Source: Arenicellales bacterium | GTDB taxonomy: Bacteria; Pseudomonadota; Gammaproteobacteria; Arenicellales; JAJDZL01 | Length of the DNA: 64,000 bases | Reading direction: 5' to 3' | Assembly: GCA_965206345.1 (NCBI GenBank) | Contig: OZ242211.1 | Location: 1,692,586 to 1,756,585, forward strand | Part shown: piece by piece, positions 19,579-28,805 of the stretch | Numbering within the stretch: the first letter of the stretch is position 1 | Layout: the number at the start of each line of letters is the position of its first letter | Notes under the pieces: model-generated | What the model saw: the letters and a program-made list of their open reading frames with translations, nothing else | Database searches by the model: none | What the model was told of the DNA's origin: nothing | Made by a program: the position numbers and the translations under genes

Positions 19579-20136
19579 TTATTTACTCTTATTCACAACC
19601 ATACTGTACTGCATCGGAGTGTCCGACAGTTCTCTGATAGCCACTTCCATTTTAATTGTCCCTGATTTTTCAAATTCTAGTGCCAATTGCAACTCAGAAT
19701 CCCGTGTCAGAGGATTTTGCAAACCCATCAGCATAACATGAAGTCCATGCTGTTTGAGTTCTAGTGGTGAATCAGAATTGAACATCAGCTTCTCATCTTC
19801 TGCCTCTTCCATCACCATGATTCCATTTTTGATCAAGATGTCGTGAATTTCCACCCGCATTGACTGAGGCGAATGAGCGCTGATCAGTCGGTCCGAAAAT
19901 CCTTCCTGAGCCGAGATTGCCAGGAAAACAGCCCCAACTTTTTTACCCAGAGACTCAAATGACCACGGTGATTCGATGCAGATCGACCCCAATTTGTAGA
20001 CCACTGATTCGTCTTTTTCTGCATCCGAATTACTTGCGTTTAGTGATTGACTTTCAATGAAGGCCGCTAAAACAACAATCAATCCGATTCCAGTTAAAAC
20101 CCGCATAATATTTTCCAAATTTGTAACTAGTTGCAT
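19579..20136 (-). CDS. PCuAC periplasmic copper chaperone
   Basis: VEIHD...GIMVM...GLHVMLMGL motif; adjacent to SCO. Confidence 0.9.
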   Translation of the reverse strand: MQLVTNLENIMRVLTGIGLIVVLAAFIESQSLNASNSDAEKDESVVYKLGSICIESPWSFESLGKKVGAVFLAISAQEGFSDRLISAHSPQSMRVEIHDILIKNGIMVMEEAEDEKLMFNSDSPLELKQHGLHVMLMGLQNPLTRDSELQLALEFEKSGTIKMEVAIRELSDTPMQYSMVVNKSK

Positions 20137-20455
20137 ACTTAAGGCACCTTCACTTCCGATCGACCAAGTAAAATCCGGCTGAACTTTCCTCTGGAATACA
20201 GTACTTTCCTAATTTTCCCATGCTTTGGCAAACATCGTACAAAAGCGGTGAGTGAATTTCCAGAACAATTCTGCTGCGGTTGTTACTTTTGTTGCCACTG
20301 CTCAATTGCTTCATCGATAATCTTTTCAACGTAACCAAATTTGACATGGACTATGTCGTCACGGTGGCATTCATCATTGAAATCATAGTATGGTTTATCC
20401 TGATTCAGGGTGTTTCCTGTCAAATCAATTTCAAAAATCCCCAATTTTTCAACCT

Positions 20456-20848
20456 ATGAAGTTCAATATTCTGGTTACCGAAGCGCCTTATACACATCAG
20501 GCATCTGACACGGCTTACCAGTTTGCCAGGGCGGCAATAGATAGTGGTCATCAAGTCAGTCGTGTGTTCTTCTATCATGACGGCGTTCACAATGCAACTC
20601 GCCTGAGTAGCCCGCCGGTAGATGATCGGAATGTGATTGATCGCTGGGTGCAATTGGCCGAGAACCATAATGTAGACCTAGCGATATGCATAGCGGCATC
20701 TCTGCGACGAGGCGTGTTGAGTGAAGAATCAGCGCGGCAAAGTGGCAAGACGGTGAATAACCTGGACGAACATTTCAAGGTCGCAGGATTCGGACATTTC
20801 ATTGAAGGTTCGATTATTGCTGATCGCACCATTGTGTTCGGGGATTGA
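20456..20848 (+). CDS. dsrE: Sulfurtransferase DsrE/TusD
   Basis: MKFNILVTEAPY, VFFYHDGV and ICIAASLRRG with the active-site Cys. Confidence 0.92.
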   Translation: MKFNILVTEAPYTHQASDTAYQFARAAIDSGHQVSRVFFYHDGVHNATRLSSPPVDDRNVIDRWVQLAENHNVDLAICIAASLRRGVLSEESARQSGKTVNNLDEHFKVAGFGHFIEGSIIADRTIVFGD

Positions 20849-20870
20849 ACAATCCACAACGGAAATTCTG

Positions 20871-21254
20871 ATGAAAAAGCGACTTATGTTTGTCAATCGA
20901 AGGGCTCCCGGTGGGACAGTGTATGGGATGGAAGCTCTTGATGCGCTGCTCGCTGCTTCGGTATTCGATCAGGATTTAAATGCTGTATTTTTGGATGATG
21001 GCGTCTATCAGTTAAAGCGAGGACAAAATCCTGCTAAATTGGGTATCAAGAACTTCACAAAAACCTTTGCCGCTTTGAGTGATTTTGGCGTTGATCATCT
21101 CTATGTGGAAAAAGAATCCATGGCTGACAGAGGTCTTTCAGATTTGGATTTGCTGGAGGTTGTTCGCGATGACGGAAGCGATGCAGTAACCATTGTTTCG
21201 GCAAGTGATCTGTCCAAAATTATGAATTCACAAGATGTCATTTTGCAGTTTTAG
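20871..21254 (+). CDS. dsrF: Sulfur relay protein DsrF/TusC
   Basis: FVNRRAPGGTVYGMEALD, FLDDGVYQLKRGQ and C-terminal QDVILQF. Confidence 0.92.
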   Translation: MKKRLMFVNRRAPGGTVYGMEALDALLAASVFDQDLNAVFLDDGVYQLKRGQNPAKLGIKNFTKTFAALSDFGVDHLYVEKESMADRGLSDLDLLEVVRDDGSDAVTIVSASDLSKIMNSQDVILQF

Positions 21255-21262
21255 ATACGACG

Positions 21263-21565
21263 ATGCTTCATACGGTAAACAAATCGCCATCTGAAAAGCC
21301 AAGTCTACAGAGCTGTTTGAGGTTGGCTAGTGCGGGCAGTGATATTTTGTTAATTGAAGATGGCGTTTATGCCGCGGTCAGTGACACAAAATTTTCAAAT
21401 CTAGTGGAAAGTTCACTGAAAAACCATCAGATATATGCATTGGAAGCGGATCTTGAGTGCCGCGGATTGGAGAAGTCGCAGTTAATTGACGGAGTTGAGA
21501 TGATTGACTACAAGGGCTTTGTTTCTCTAGCCGTACGCAACAAGGCCGTACATTCCTGGCTATAA
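21263..21565 (+). CDS. dsrH: Sulfur relay protein DsrH/TusB
   Basis: MLHTVNKSP, LLIEDGVYAA, IDYKGFV and C-terminal SWL. Confidence 0.92.
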   Translation: MLHTVNKSPSEKPSLQSCLRLASAGSDILLIEDGVYAAVSDTKFSNLVESSLKNHQIYALEADLECRGLEKSQLIDGVEMIDYKGFVSLAVRNKAVHSWL

Positions 21566-21579
21566 GTGAATAGGGAATT

Positions 21580-21912
21580 ATGCCGATTGAGTTTAACGGA
21601 AAAGTCTACCAAACAGATTCGGAAGGGTTTTTATCAAATCCTGACGAGTGGTCGGTGGAGTTGGCTGAAAAAATGGCGGCTAATGACGGCTGCCAGCTCA
21701 GTCCCGAGCACTGGGAAGCCATCAATATCCTTCGAGACTACTACGCCCAGTTCGCTATCGCTCCGCCCATTCGCATTCTGATTCGTCATATGGGAAAGCG
21801 GTTAGGCAAAGAGAAGGCAAACAGTCCGTATCTATACGAACTTTTTCCGTTTGGACCGGCTAAACAAGCCTGTCGTTATGCAGGATTACCGAAACCGACA
21901 GGCTGTATTTAG
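21580..21912 (+). CDS. dsrC: DsrC sulfur carrier (two-Cys type)
   Basis: TDSEGFL, LYELFPFGPAKQACRYAGLPKPTGCI with C-x10-C. Confidence 0.92.
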   Translation: MPIEFNGKVYQTDSEGFLSNPDEWSVELAEKMAANDGCQLSPEHWEAINILRDYYAQFAIAPPIRILIRHMGKRLGKEKANSPYLYELFPFGPAKQACRYAGLPKPTGCI

Positions 21913-21966
21913 AATATTGGTGATTCGCAAACCACGCGGCATCACTTTGAGTTAGTTAAATTTTCC

Positions 21967-22665
21967 GTGTCGGCCACTTTCGCGATACTCTTCTATCTTG
22001 CAGGATTAATCCTGGTATGTGGCATTGTTTGGAAGGTGTTGAGTTACGCTAGGATTCCGGTTCGTTATTTACTGCCCATTGCGCCAGCGCCTCAGTCGTA
22101 TGGTGGTATAGCAATTCGAATCTTAAGGGAGACATTGCTTTTTGAGAGTCTGTTCAAGGCAAACAAATGGACCTGGTTTTTTGGATGGATTTTTCACTAT
22201 GCACTACTGGTTGTATTGTTGCGGCACCTGTTTTTCGTCACCTGGTCGCTCGAACCTTGGGTGATCATGCTATTTTTCCCGGGTGATATTGCCGCCTGGT
22301 TGATGATTGGCTCGCTGCTCGGGTTGTTGGGTCGAAGGATTTTCGTTGATCGAGTGCGCTATATTTCGACTGCATCTGACTACACCATGCTGATTCTGAT
22401 CTTGTTGATCGGAATCACTGGCATGGCCCTACGCTACAAGGTCCCGGTAGACATTATGGCAACTCGAGAGTTTATGCTAGGGATGATTAAGTTCGATTTG
22501 GCGGACTTGCCCAGGAACGGAGTGCTTTATCTTCATTTGGCTAGTGTAGTGGTGTTGGTAATTATCTTTCCATTCAGTAAATTGATTCATTTCCCTGGGA
22601 ATTTTTTCAGTCCTAGCCATAATCAGAAATACCCTACCGCGAAAATGAAGAATCTCAGCGAATGA
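21967..22665 (+). CDS. dsrM: DsrM, NarI-like diheme cytochrome b membrane subunit
   Basis: Five TMs; His ligands in WIFHY..LRHL and YLHL..FSKLIHF; DRVRYIS. Confidence 0.88.
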   Translation: MSATFAILFYLAGLILVCGIVWKVLSYARIPVRYLLPIAPAPQSYGGIAIRILRETLLFESLFKANKWTWFFGWIFHYALLVVLLRHLFFVTWSLEPWVIMLFFPGDIAAWLMIGSLLGLLGRRIFVDRVRYISTASDYTMLILILLIGITGMALRYKVPVDIMATREFMLGMIKFDLADLPRNGVLYLHLASVVVLVIIFPFSKLIHFPGNFFSPSHNQKYPTAKMKNLSE

Positions 22666-22669
22666 CGCC

Positions 22670-24109
22670 ATGGGCAGTGTAAGCACCCGAAAAATCGAAC
22701 CGCGTAAGTCTCACACAGTGAAACCAATTTTTTGCTCTGACGGTGATCAGTCTAGCGGACTGGTTGAAAATTGGCAGGAGCTTGCTATCGAAAAGCTTGG
22801 CGAGGAGGTTCGCTCGAATCGGGCGTTGCGGGTATTTCTGGACAGCTGTGTGAAATGTGGGGCTTGCACCGACAAGTGTCATTATTTCCTAGGCGACGGC
22901 GATCCGTTGAACATGCCGGTTGCTCGGCAGGACCTGATTCGAGGAGTTTACCGACGCTACTTTACTGCAGCTGGTAAGTTCTTCCCAAAATTTGTCGGTG
23001 CGCTTGATCTCACTGAATCGTTGCTTGAAGATTGGAGTACTTACTACTATCAGTGCTCTGAATGTCGCCGCTGTTCAGTTTATTGTCCATTTGGAATTGA
23101 CACTGCAGAAATCACGATGGTGGGACGATCGATTCTTGACGCTGTCGGAATGAAGCAAAACTACATTCACACCGTTCTGGACAACGTCAATCGAGTCGGG
23201 AATAACCTGGGGATGATCGGCGCGGCGATCGCTGACACCTTGGAAGGGTTGGAAGAAGATGTGCTTGAAGAGACTGGAGTTAGTGTGAAGTTTCCGCTCG
23301 ACGATCCCGATGCCGATGTATTGCTGCTGGTTCCATCGGCTGATCTTTTTGCGGAGCCACATGTTGACGGACTAATTGGCTGTGCGAAAATCTTCCACCA
23401 GCAGGGCATTCGCTGGACGCTGTCTACAGAGGCTTCAGAGGCAGCGAATTTTGCACTGTTTATAGGGGATGATGAGCAAATGCAGCAGATGACGAGCCGT
23501 GTCCGCGAAACTGCACTCAAACTGGGAGTCAAACAGGTTGTAGTTGGAGAGTGTGGTCATGCCTGGCGTGTGGCAAGCAGTTATTGGCCAAATATGACTG
23601 GGGATGAGCGCTCATCTGAGTTCAATACACTACATATTTGCGAGCTCACCTACGATTTGCTTAGCAAAAATCGGCTACAGCTGGACAGGTCTGTACACAA
23701 CAATAAAGTCATTACGTTTCACGACTCATGTAATGTAGCTCGGGGCTCAAGAATGGGTGAGCATCCCAGAGATATCTATCGAATTCCGCGCGCATTGTTA
23801 CAGGCAGCTTGCGAAAATTTTGTCGATATGGCACCAGACACGATTTGTGAACATACTTTCTGTTGCGGCGGTGGTGGCGGACTTTTGACGGATGAGTTGA
23901 TGGAAGTTCGGGTGAGTGGTGCGTCGCCTAGAGTTAGCGCTCTGGAAGATGTGATTGCAAATCGAGGGGTAACTCATATGGCAGCAATTTGCGCAATCTG
24001 CAAAAGCCAGTTTCGCTCAGTGTTGCCGAAATATGGTCTGGACATGAATATGATTGTCAGTTTGCATCAGATCGTCGGTGATGCGGTTGTGCTGAGGTTG
24101 GAGACTTGA
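22670..24109 (+). CDS. dsrK: DsrK, HdrD-like FeS/CCG-domain subunit
   Basis: CVKCGACTDKC, CSECRRCSVYCPFGIDTAE, GECGHAWR, HDSCN, FCCGGGGG and CAICKSQF. Confidence 0.9.
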   Translation: MGSVSTRKIEPRKSHTVKPIFCSDGDQSSGLVENWQELAIEKLGEEVRSNRALRVFLDSCVKCGACTDKCHYFLGDGDPLNMPVARQDLIRGVYRRYFTAAGKFFPKFVGALDLTESLLEDWSTYYYQCSECRRCSVYCPFGIDTAEITMVGRSILDAVGMKQNYIHTVLDNVNRVGNNLGMIGAAIADTLEGLEEDVLEETGVSVKFPLDDPDADVLLLVPSADLFAEPHVDGLIGCAKIFHQQGIRWTLSTEASEAANFALFIGDDEQMQQMTSRVRETALKLGVKQVVVGECGHAWRVASSYWPNMTGDERSSEFNTLHICELTYDLLSKNRLQLDRSVHNNKVITFHDSCNVARGSRMGEHPRDIYRIPRALLQAACENFVDMAPDTICEHTFCCGGGGGLLTDELMEVRVSGASPRVSALEDVIANRGVTHMAAICAICKSQFRSVLPKYGLDMNMIVSLHQIVGDAVVLRLET

Positions 24110-24184
24110 TTCCGTGGTGTCCTCACTGATTCATGAGCATTTGAAAGCAAAATGACGACCCAATTCGACCACACTGCTGACGCT

Positions 24185-24838
24185 TTAGTAGGTATCGACT
24201 TGCCCCGCGTTTCCGACTATTAAAACATCAGCAGGACGTTTGGCGAAAATTCCGTTGCATACGACACCGGTGATGTTGTTGAGTGTTGACTCAACTGTCG
24301 TAGCATCTTTCAAGTCAAGATTGCGGACATCAATAATGACGTTGCCGTTATCAGTTGTGTATCCAGCGCGCAGTTCTGGTTGCCCGCCTAGTTTGATTAC
24401 AGCTCGACTGACCAGACTTTGAGCAAGCGGTATAACTTCGATAGCAAGTGGGAATTCACCTAGTACGTCAACGAGTTTGGTCTTGTCGACAATACAAACA
24501 AATTTTACACTGGCAGCTGCGACAATCTTTTCCCTGGTGAGTGCGCCACCACCACCTTTAATCAGGTGTTTATTCCGGGTCGCTTCATCCGCACCGTCCA
24601 CGTAGATTGGCAATGTACCGGTTCGGTTTAGATTTAGAATGGGAAAGCCATATTGGCGCAAACGGTCTTCCGTAGCCGTTGAACTTGCAACAGTTCCGTC
24701 GATTTTTCCTTTTATTTTTGGGAGAAGATCGATAAATGCATTGGCCGTAGAACCGGTACCAACGCCCACTACATCGCCAATTTCAATGTAGTCCAAAGCT
24801 GCTTCGGCAGCAATTTGTTTCATTGAGTCAGTGTTCAT
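24185..24838 (-). CDS. rpiA: Ribose-5-phosphate isomerase A
   Basis: [15 protein letters not shown] and [14 protein letters not shown]. Confidence 0.97.
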   Translation of the reverse strand: MNTDSMKQIAAEAALDYIEIGDVVGVGTGSTANAFIDLLPKIKGKIDGTVASSTATEDRLRQYGFPILNLNRTGTLPIYVDGADEATRNKHLIKGGGGALTREKIVAAASVKFVCIVDKTKLVDVLGEFPLAIEVIPLAQSLVSRAVIKLGGQPELRAGYTTDNGNVIIDVRNLDLKDATTVESTLNNITGVVCNGIFAKRPADVLIVGNAGQVDTY

Positions 24839-25049
24839 ATGAATAACCAGCGAAATTCCAAAGGGAGGTTTGTGATTGGTGTTACCTATATTTCAGTCTG
24901 CTGTATGAAATATCCCAGTATCTTGTTTGTGCGTCTGCTCTGAACTTCACACGTCACTTTTTGACTGATTTAACTGAGGTGAAAAATTCAGACATTCGTT
25001 ACTACTGAAACGGAAAAGTTAACGATACAGCCGATAGTTGTGAAATCAA

Positions 25050-26705
25050 TTACATTCCAGCGACTTCCACAATTTTTAGGATGTGTTTAGCCCGTGAGCA
25101 AGCAACGTACTTCAGCGTTCGATCCCGATCCTTTTTCTTGTCCAGGGGTGATGTCAGAAAGATGACCGCGTCGGCTTCAAGACCCTTAAACCGTGCGCAA
25201 GACTCAATCAGGACACCTTCGTTGTTTTGCCAGGAATCGAGATCGCGGGTTGCATGAATTCGTTTGAACTTGGTTGGCCAGTCATCGACGGGATATCCGG
25301 GTACCAATACAGCAATTTGTGATGGGTGTAATCCACCTGTTTTGGGAGAGCACAGTTGGTTTACCAACTCCGTAATTTTTTGAAACCCTTCATTTCGAGA
25401 TGTGACTTTAAAGACTTCAATCTCGTGAGAATTCATGTCTGAATCAGGGGTGATCAGAAGATCACAGTACGCTGCGATTTCAGGGGAGTTTCTGCAGTTT
25501 TTCTCTAACGGATATGATTCGCCGAGTTCGTCAGGCAATTGCTCCTCGTCAGGAACATAGAGATTTTGGTTGGGATCGAAAAATACATAGAAACAGCTCT
25601 TGTTCTTGGAATCTTTAAAAACTTCGTCTAGACTATTCCACCACAACTCGTGAAAGTCCTGACCTTCATCGACAATCAGAGCGTCAAACTTCTCGCTGGC
25701 AGGCAAAGTTTCACATGCTTGCATAAGCAATTCCGGTGCCTCTTCATCCCAAAAATTTTGCTCATCGCTTGCTTTGTCTGGATCAAATTCGATTCCTGAG
25801 GCTATGCAGAAGTCGTGAACCAAGCCGTGATAGTTATTGATCGTAAGTGAGCAGTCAAAGTCAGTTTGAGCGGTTTTGTTCAACCAGTCCTTAAGTGGTC
25901 GGTTGTAACACAGCAGCAAAGTGCGCATTCCCAACTGTGTCGTTTGTTGCGCTTTTGCGAGTGCCAGCAGTGTTTTTCCGGTACCAGCCCCTCCCTGAAT
26001 CAAGGCAACGCGCTGATTATTCAAAAAAGACAGTACGTTCTTCTGCTCCTCAGTCAGTCGGTGAATTTCCCGTTCCTTTTCTTCAATTTCGCGCCACAGT
26101 ACCGGCACAATGTCGAACTTTGGGTATAGGGAGTGCTCAATTTTTTTGACTTCGTCGCGAGTCAGAGGTTGGTGATTATCACGACGAAAGTTGCGAAAAA
26201 TTCGGTGAATACGCTGTTCAAGATAGTTCAGGTCATCGACATCCAAAACAAGTGATCGAGCAAAACCCGACGGCACCTCTCCTTGAAACCTCCCGTCTGG
26301 AAAAGCAACGGCATAACCGTAAGTACACGGCAGCCCAGAAGAAAAAAGGCGTTCATTAATGTGTTTAACCAGTGCATACATATTGCGTAAAACCTGCTGG
26401 AACGGGTCTTTGTTTAGCCACCTTCTGGTCTCGGATTCAGTAAGTCGCCACCAATCTCTGACACCTGGGTCATAACCCAAAACCCCTCCTTTTACCTCGA
26501 CGAAGAGTAAGCCGAAATTTTCATCCAAGATGACAAAATCACACTCACCTTCTTTCAAGCGGCCTGACTTGTTCGTTTGAACCCAGTTTAGACTGTGCAT
26601 TGCTCTGACTCGCTTGGGCAATTGAGTTGCAAGTGCTACAGCGACTTTTCGCTCTCCCCGATTTTTAATCTCGTCAGGGTTGATTGTTGGAATGAATGTC
26701 ACCAT
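25050..26705 (-). CDS. NERD nuclease fused to SF1 (UvrD-like) helicase
   Basis: GECDFVIL...FVEVKGG (NERD); GGAGTGKT, IVDEGQDF, NCRNS, FKGLEAD and YVACSRAK (SF1). Confidence 0.88.
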   Translation of the reverse strand: MVTFIPTINPDEIKNRGERKVAVALATQLPKRVRAMHSLNWVQTNKSGRLKEGECDFVILDENFGLLFVEVKGGVLGYDPGVRDWWRLTESETRRWLNKDPFQQVLRNMYALVKHINERLFSSGLPCTYGYAVAFPDGRFQGEVPSGFARSLVLDVDDLNYLEQRIHRIFRNFRRDNHQPLTRDEVKKIEHSLYPKFDIVPVLWREIEEKEREIHRLTEEQKNVLSFLNNQRVALIQGGAGTGKTLLALAKAQQTTQLGMRTLLLCYNRPLKDWLNKTAQTDFDCSLTINNYHGLVHDFCIASGIEFDPDKASDEQNFWDEEAPELLMQACETLPASEKFDALIVDEGQDFHELWWNSLDEVFKDSKNKSCFYVFFDPNQNLYVPDEEQLPDELGESYPLEKNCRNSPEIAAYCDLLITPDSDMNSHEIEVFKVTSRNEGFQKITELVNQLCSPKTGGLHPSQIAVLVPGYPVDDWPTKFKRIHATRDLDSWQNNEGVLIESCARFKGLEADAVIFLTSPLDKKKDRDRTLKYVACSRAKHILKIVEVAGM

Positions 26706-27056
26706 CTGAATTGTTTTGCTGTCGTTGAAAATGGGATGATTTTACAGATCAGTATTTGTTGACGATTCCTATGTTATTTTGAGTGTAACCATATAGTTTT
26801 ACACTTCAGGATCAAACGGAACAGAAAGATTTTCACGTCGAGATCATATTCAGAAGAGTGAAAGGAACAGATTCTGAATGAAGATCGGACTGGTTGCTCG
26901 ACCTGGAACTTAGAATCGGATTATGAGTCGTATAAGTTACTAAACAGGACTAGTAAAGTAGCTCAATATCACAATTGCAATCCGAAATAAACACCGAACT
27001 GGAGGGACTGGAGCCGGTCTCGCAATAAGGTGTCGATGTGGTGAAATTCGGTTATA

Positions 27057-28508
27057 TTGACTCTGTTATTACTCACGATTTGGATGCTCCAATTTTTGAT
27101 AGTCACTGGAAATTCCAGCTCGAAACTTAGATGCCTCACTTCTTGCGATGGTAGCAACCTTTTGATTACATCCCGTATATTTCTTACCCTGACAATTTTT
27201 GCGCCGACAGTGGCCTTTGCCCAGACAGAGTACAGTTCTGAAATCGTGCTGTCTGCGCACGAGTGGTGGATCGTGGTGGGTTCGCTCGTCATCGGGATTT
27301 TGGTCTCTTTAGTGAATTCGATGCAGACCTCTGAAATCTCAAGGTCCGAAGGAACTGAGTCAGAAGGAAAACATTCAGCTAGTCCTGCAGATATCTCCTC
27401 AACTCAAGGGCTCGCTGTAATTGGTGCATTTGGATTCTACGCAATAGTCGGACTAGTGTTCGGTCTGGTGGGTTCATTTTCATCTCAGTTTTCATCTGTC
27501 TTTGCGTTGGGTAGCTCGGCGGTTGTTTTGTTTTTGCTGGCTTTGCTGCAAATTGGTGTATTTCGAATTGGAAAAACTGGAAACCAATTTTGGGGGCAAT
27601 CTGGAAGGATAAGAAGGGCAGGCATCCTGACTGCGGTCATTTTGGCATTGCTTGTCGTGTATTTGTCCGATTTTCTGTTTCAATTCAGTCTGTCTAACAG
27701 TGATCTGCAAATGGTTGCTGGCGTTGCGTTGGCTTTGGCTGTCGGGACTGTAGTGGGTGAATTGCTGGTTTCATTTGGCAATTTGAGAACTCAAACTGCA
27801 GACCATGCTAAAGAAGTTCGCTATCTTTCGGGGATTGCGATGATAGCGCTTGCCATATATATCGCGGGTAGAATTCCTGAATTTCCAGCGATGCTTGCCT
27901 GGTCGGTTAACTTGATTATTCTCGCAGTCTATTGCGGTGCAACTTCAAAATTGAAGCAACCTGCTGCTGGTCTTCAGCAATTGCTGAAAGGCGGCGGAAT
28001 CGTTATTTTAATTTTCGGTGTAATGGGCCTTGTTAGCGCCTCATTTGGATACCGAAACTTTAGTGAGCCGGTTTCCCAAGTTTCAGCTCTAGTTGCTTCC
28101 GGTGGAGCCATTCGTACTGATCAGCCGACAGCATCAGGTTTAAATTTTTTCACCTATGCCAAATCCATGGATGAATTTGATCAGCTGCTGAGCACGGCAA
28201 ATGCAACTAGCAAGCCGGTCATGATTGACTATTATGCTGAGTGGTGCCTTGACTGCAAACGCATGGACAGGACAACATTCAAGGACTCAGCAATCGCTTC
28301 GACTCTTAGTGAATCCTTTATAGCGATCAAGGTTGATGTAACCGACCCCAAAGATGACTTCAGTCGTGCAATCCGAAAGCGATATCAGGTTTTTGGTCCC
28401 CCGGCACTACTATTCATGGATAAGAACGGGGGTCTAACTTCAAATTCACCTGCCTATGGCTATTTGGATGTCGAAGAGCTATCAGGATATCTGTCCCCGC
28501 TTTTGTAA
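27057..28508 (+). CDS. DsbD-like membrane protein with C-terminal thioredoxin domain (atypical)
   Basis: About 8-9 TMs, then KPVMIDYYAEWCLDCKRMD...QVFGPPALLF. Lacks the membrane Pro-Cys motifs. Start uncertain. Confidence 0.75.
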   Translation: MTLLLLTIWMLQFLIVTGNSSSKLRCLTSCDGSNLLITSRIFLTLTIFAPTVAFAQTEYSSEIVLSAHEWWIVVGSLVIGILVSLVNSMQTSEISRSEGTESEGKHSASPADISSTQGLAVIGAFGFYAIVGLVFGLVGSFSSQFSSVFALGSSAVVLFLLALLQIGVFRIGKTGNQFWGQSGRIRRAGILTAVILALLVVYLSDFLFQFSLSNSDLQMVAGVALALAVGTVVGELLVSFGNLRTQTADHAKEVRYLSGIAMIALAIYIAGRIPEFPAMLAWSVNLIILAVYCGATSKLKQPAAGLQQLLKGGGIVILIFGVMGLVSASFGYRNFSEPVSQVSALVASGGAIRTDQPTASGLNFFTYAKSMDEFDQLLSTANATSKPVMIDYYAEWCLDCKRMDRTTFKDSAIASTLSESFIAIKVDVTDPKDDFSRAIRKRYQVFGPPALLFMDKNGGLTSNSPAYGYLDVEELSGYLSPLL

Positions 28509-28805
28509 GATCTGAGATACATCAGGCAATCACTCAGACATATACTCTCATTTGAAAATCAGTTCCTGTTAGATGCAACGATTGGGGCATGCCCCGCTGC
28601 AACAGTTGCGTGAACTGGGCAGTGAAATGCGTTCGAAGCACGCCAGTGACTTCTTGGTCCAGCGTAACGAACGGATAATGCTCAGAGCGGCACTGATATA
28701 ATTCCAAAAGTTGTTTTTCCAGCAACGAACGAATGCTTCATACTTGGCTTCCTTGTAAGTTAAAACTCAGACTGTTCCATTACCTTTGAATTCTCGCTAG
28801 CAACT

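Noticed and set aside
20150-20347. 65-aa ORF, possible dsrB remnant or small gene
   Set aside because: Opposite strand to dsrE, no recognisable motif and no DsrB-like sequence.
20456-21912. Plain tusDCB-tusE tRNA-thiolation operon
   Set aside because: The carrier has two C-terminal Cys and is followed directly by dsrMK. A secondary thiolation role is not excluded.
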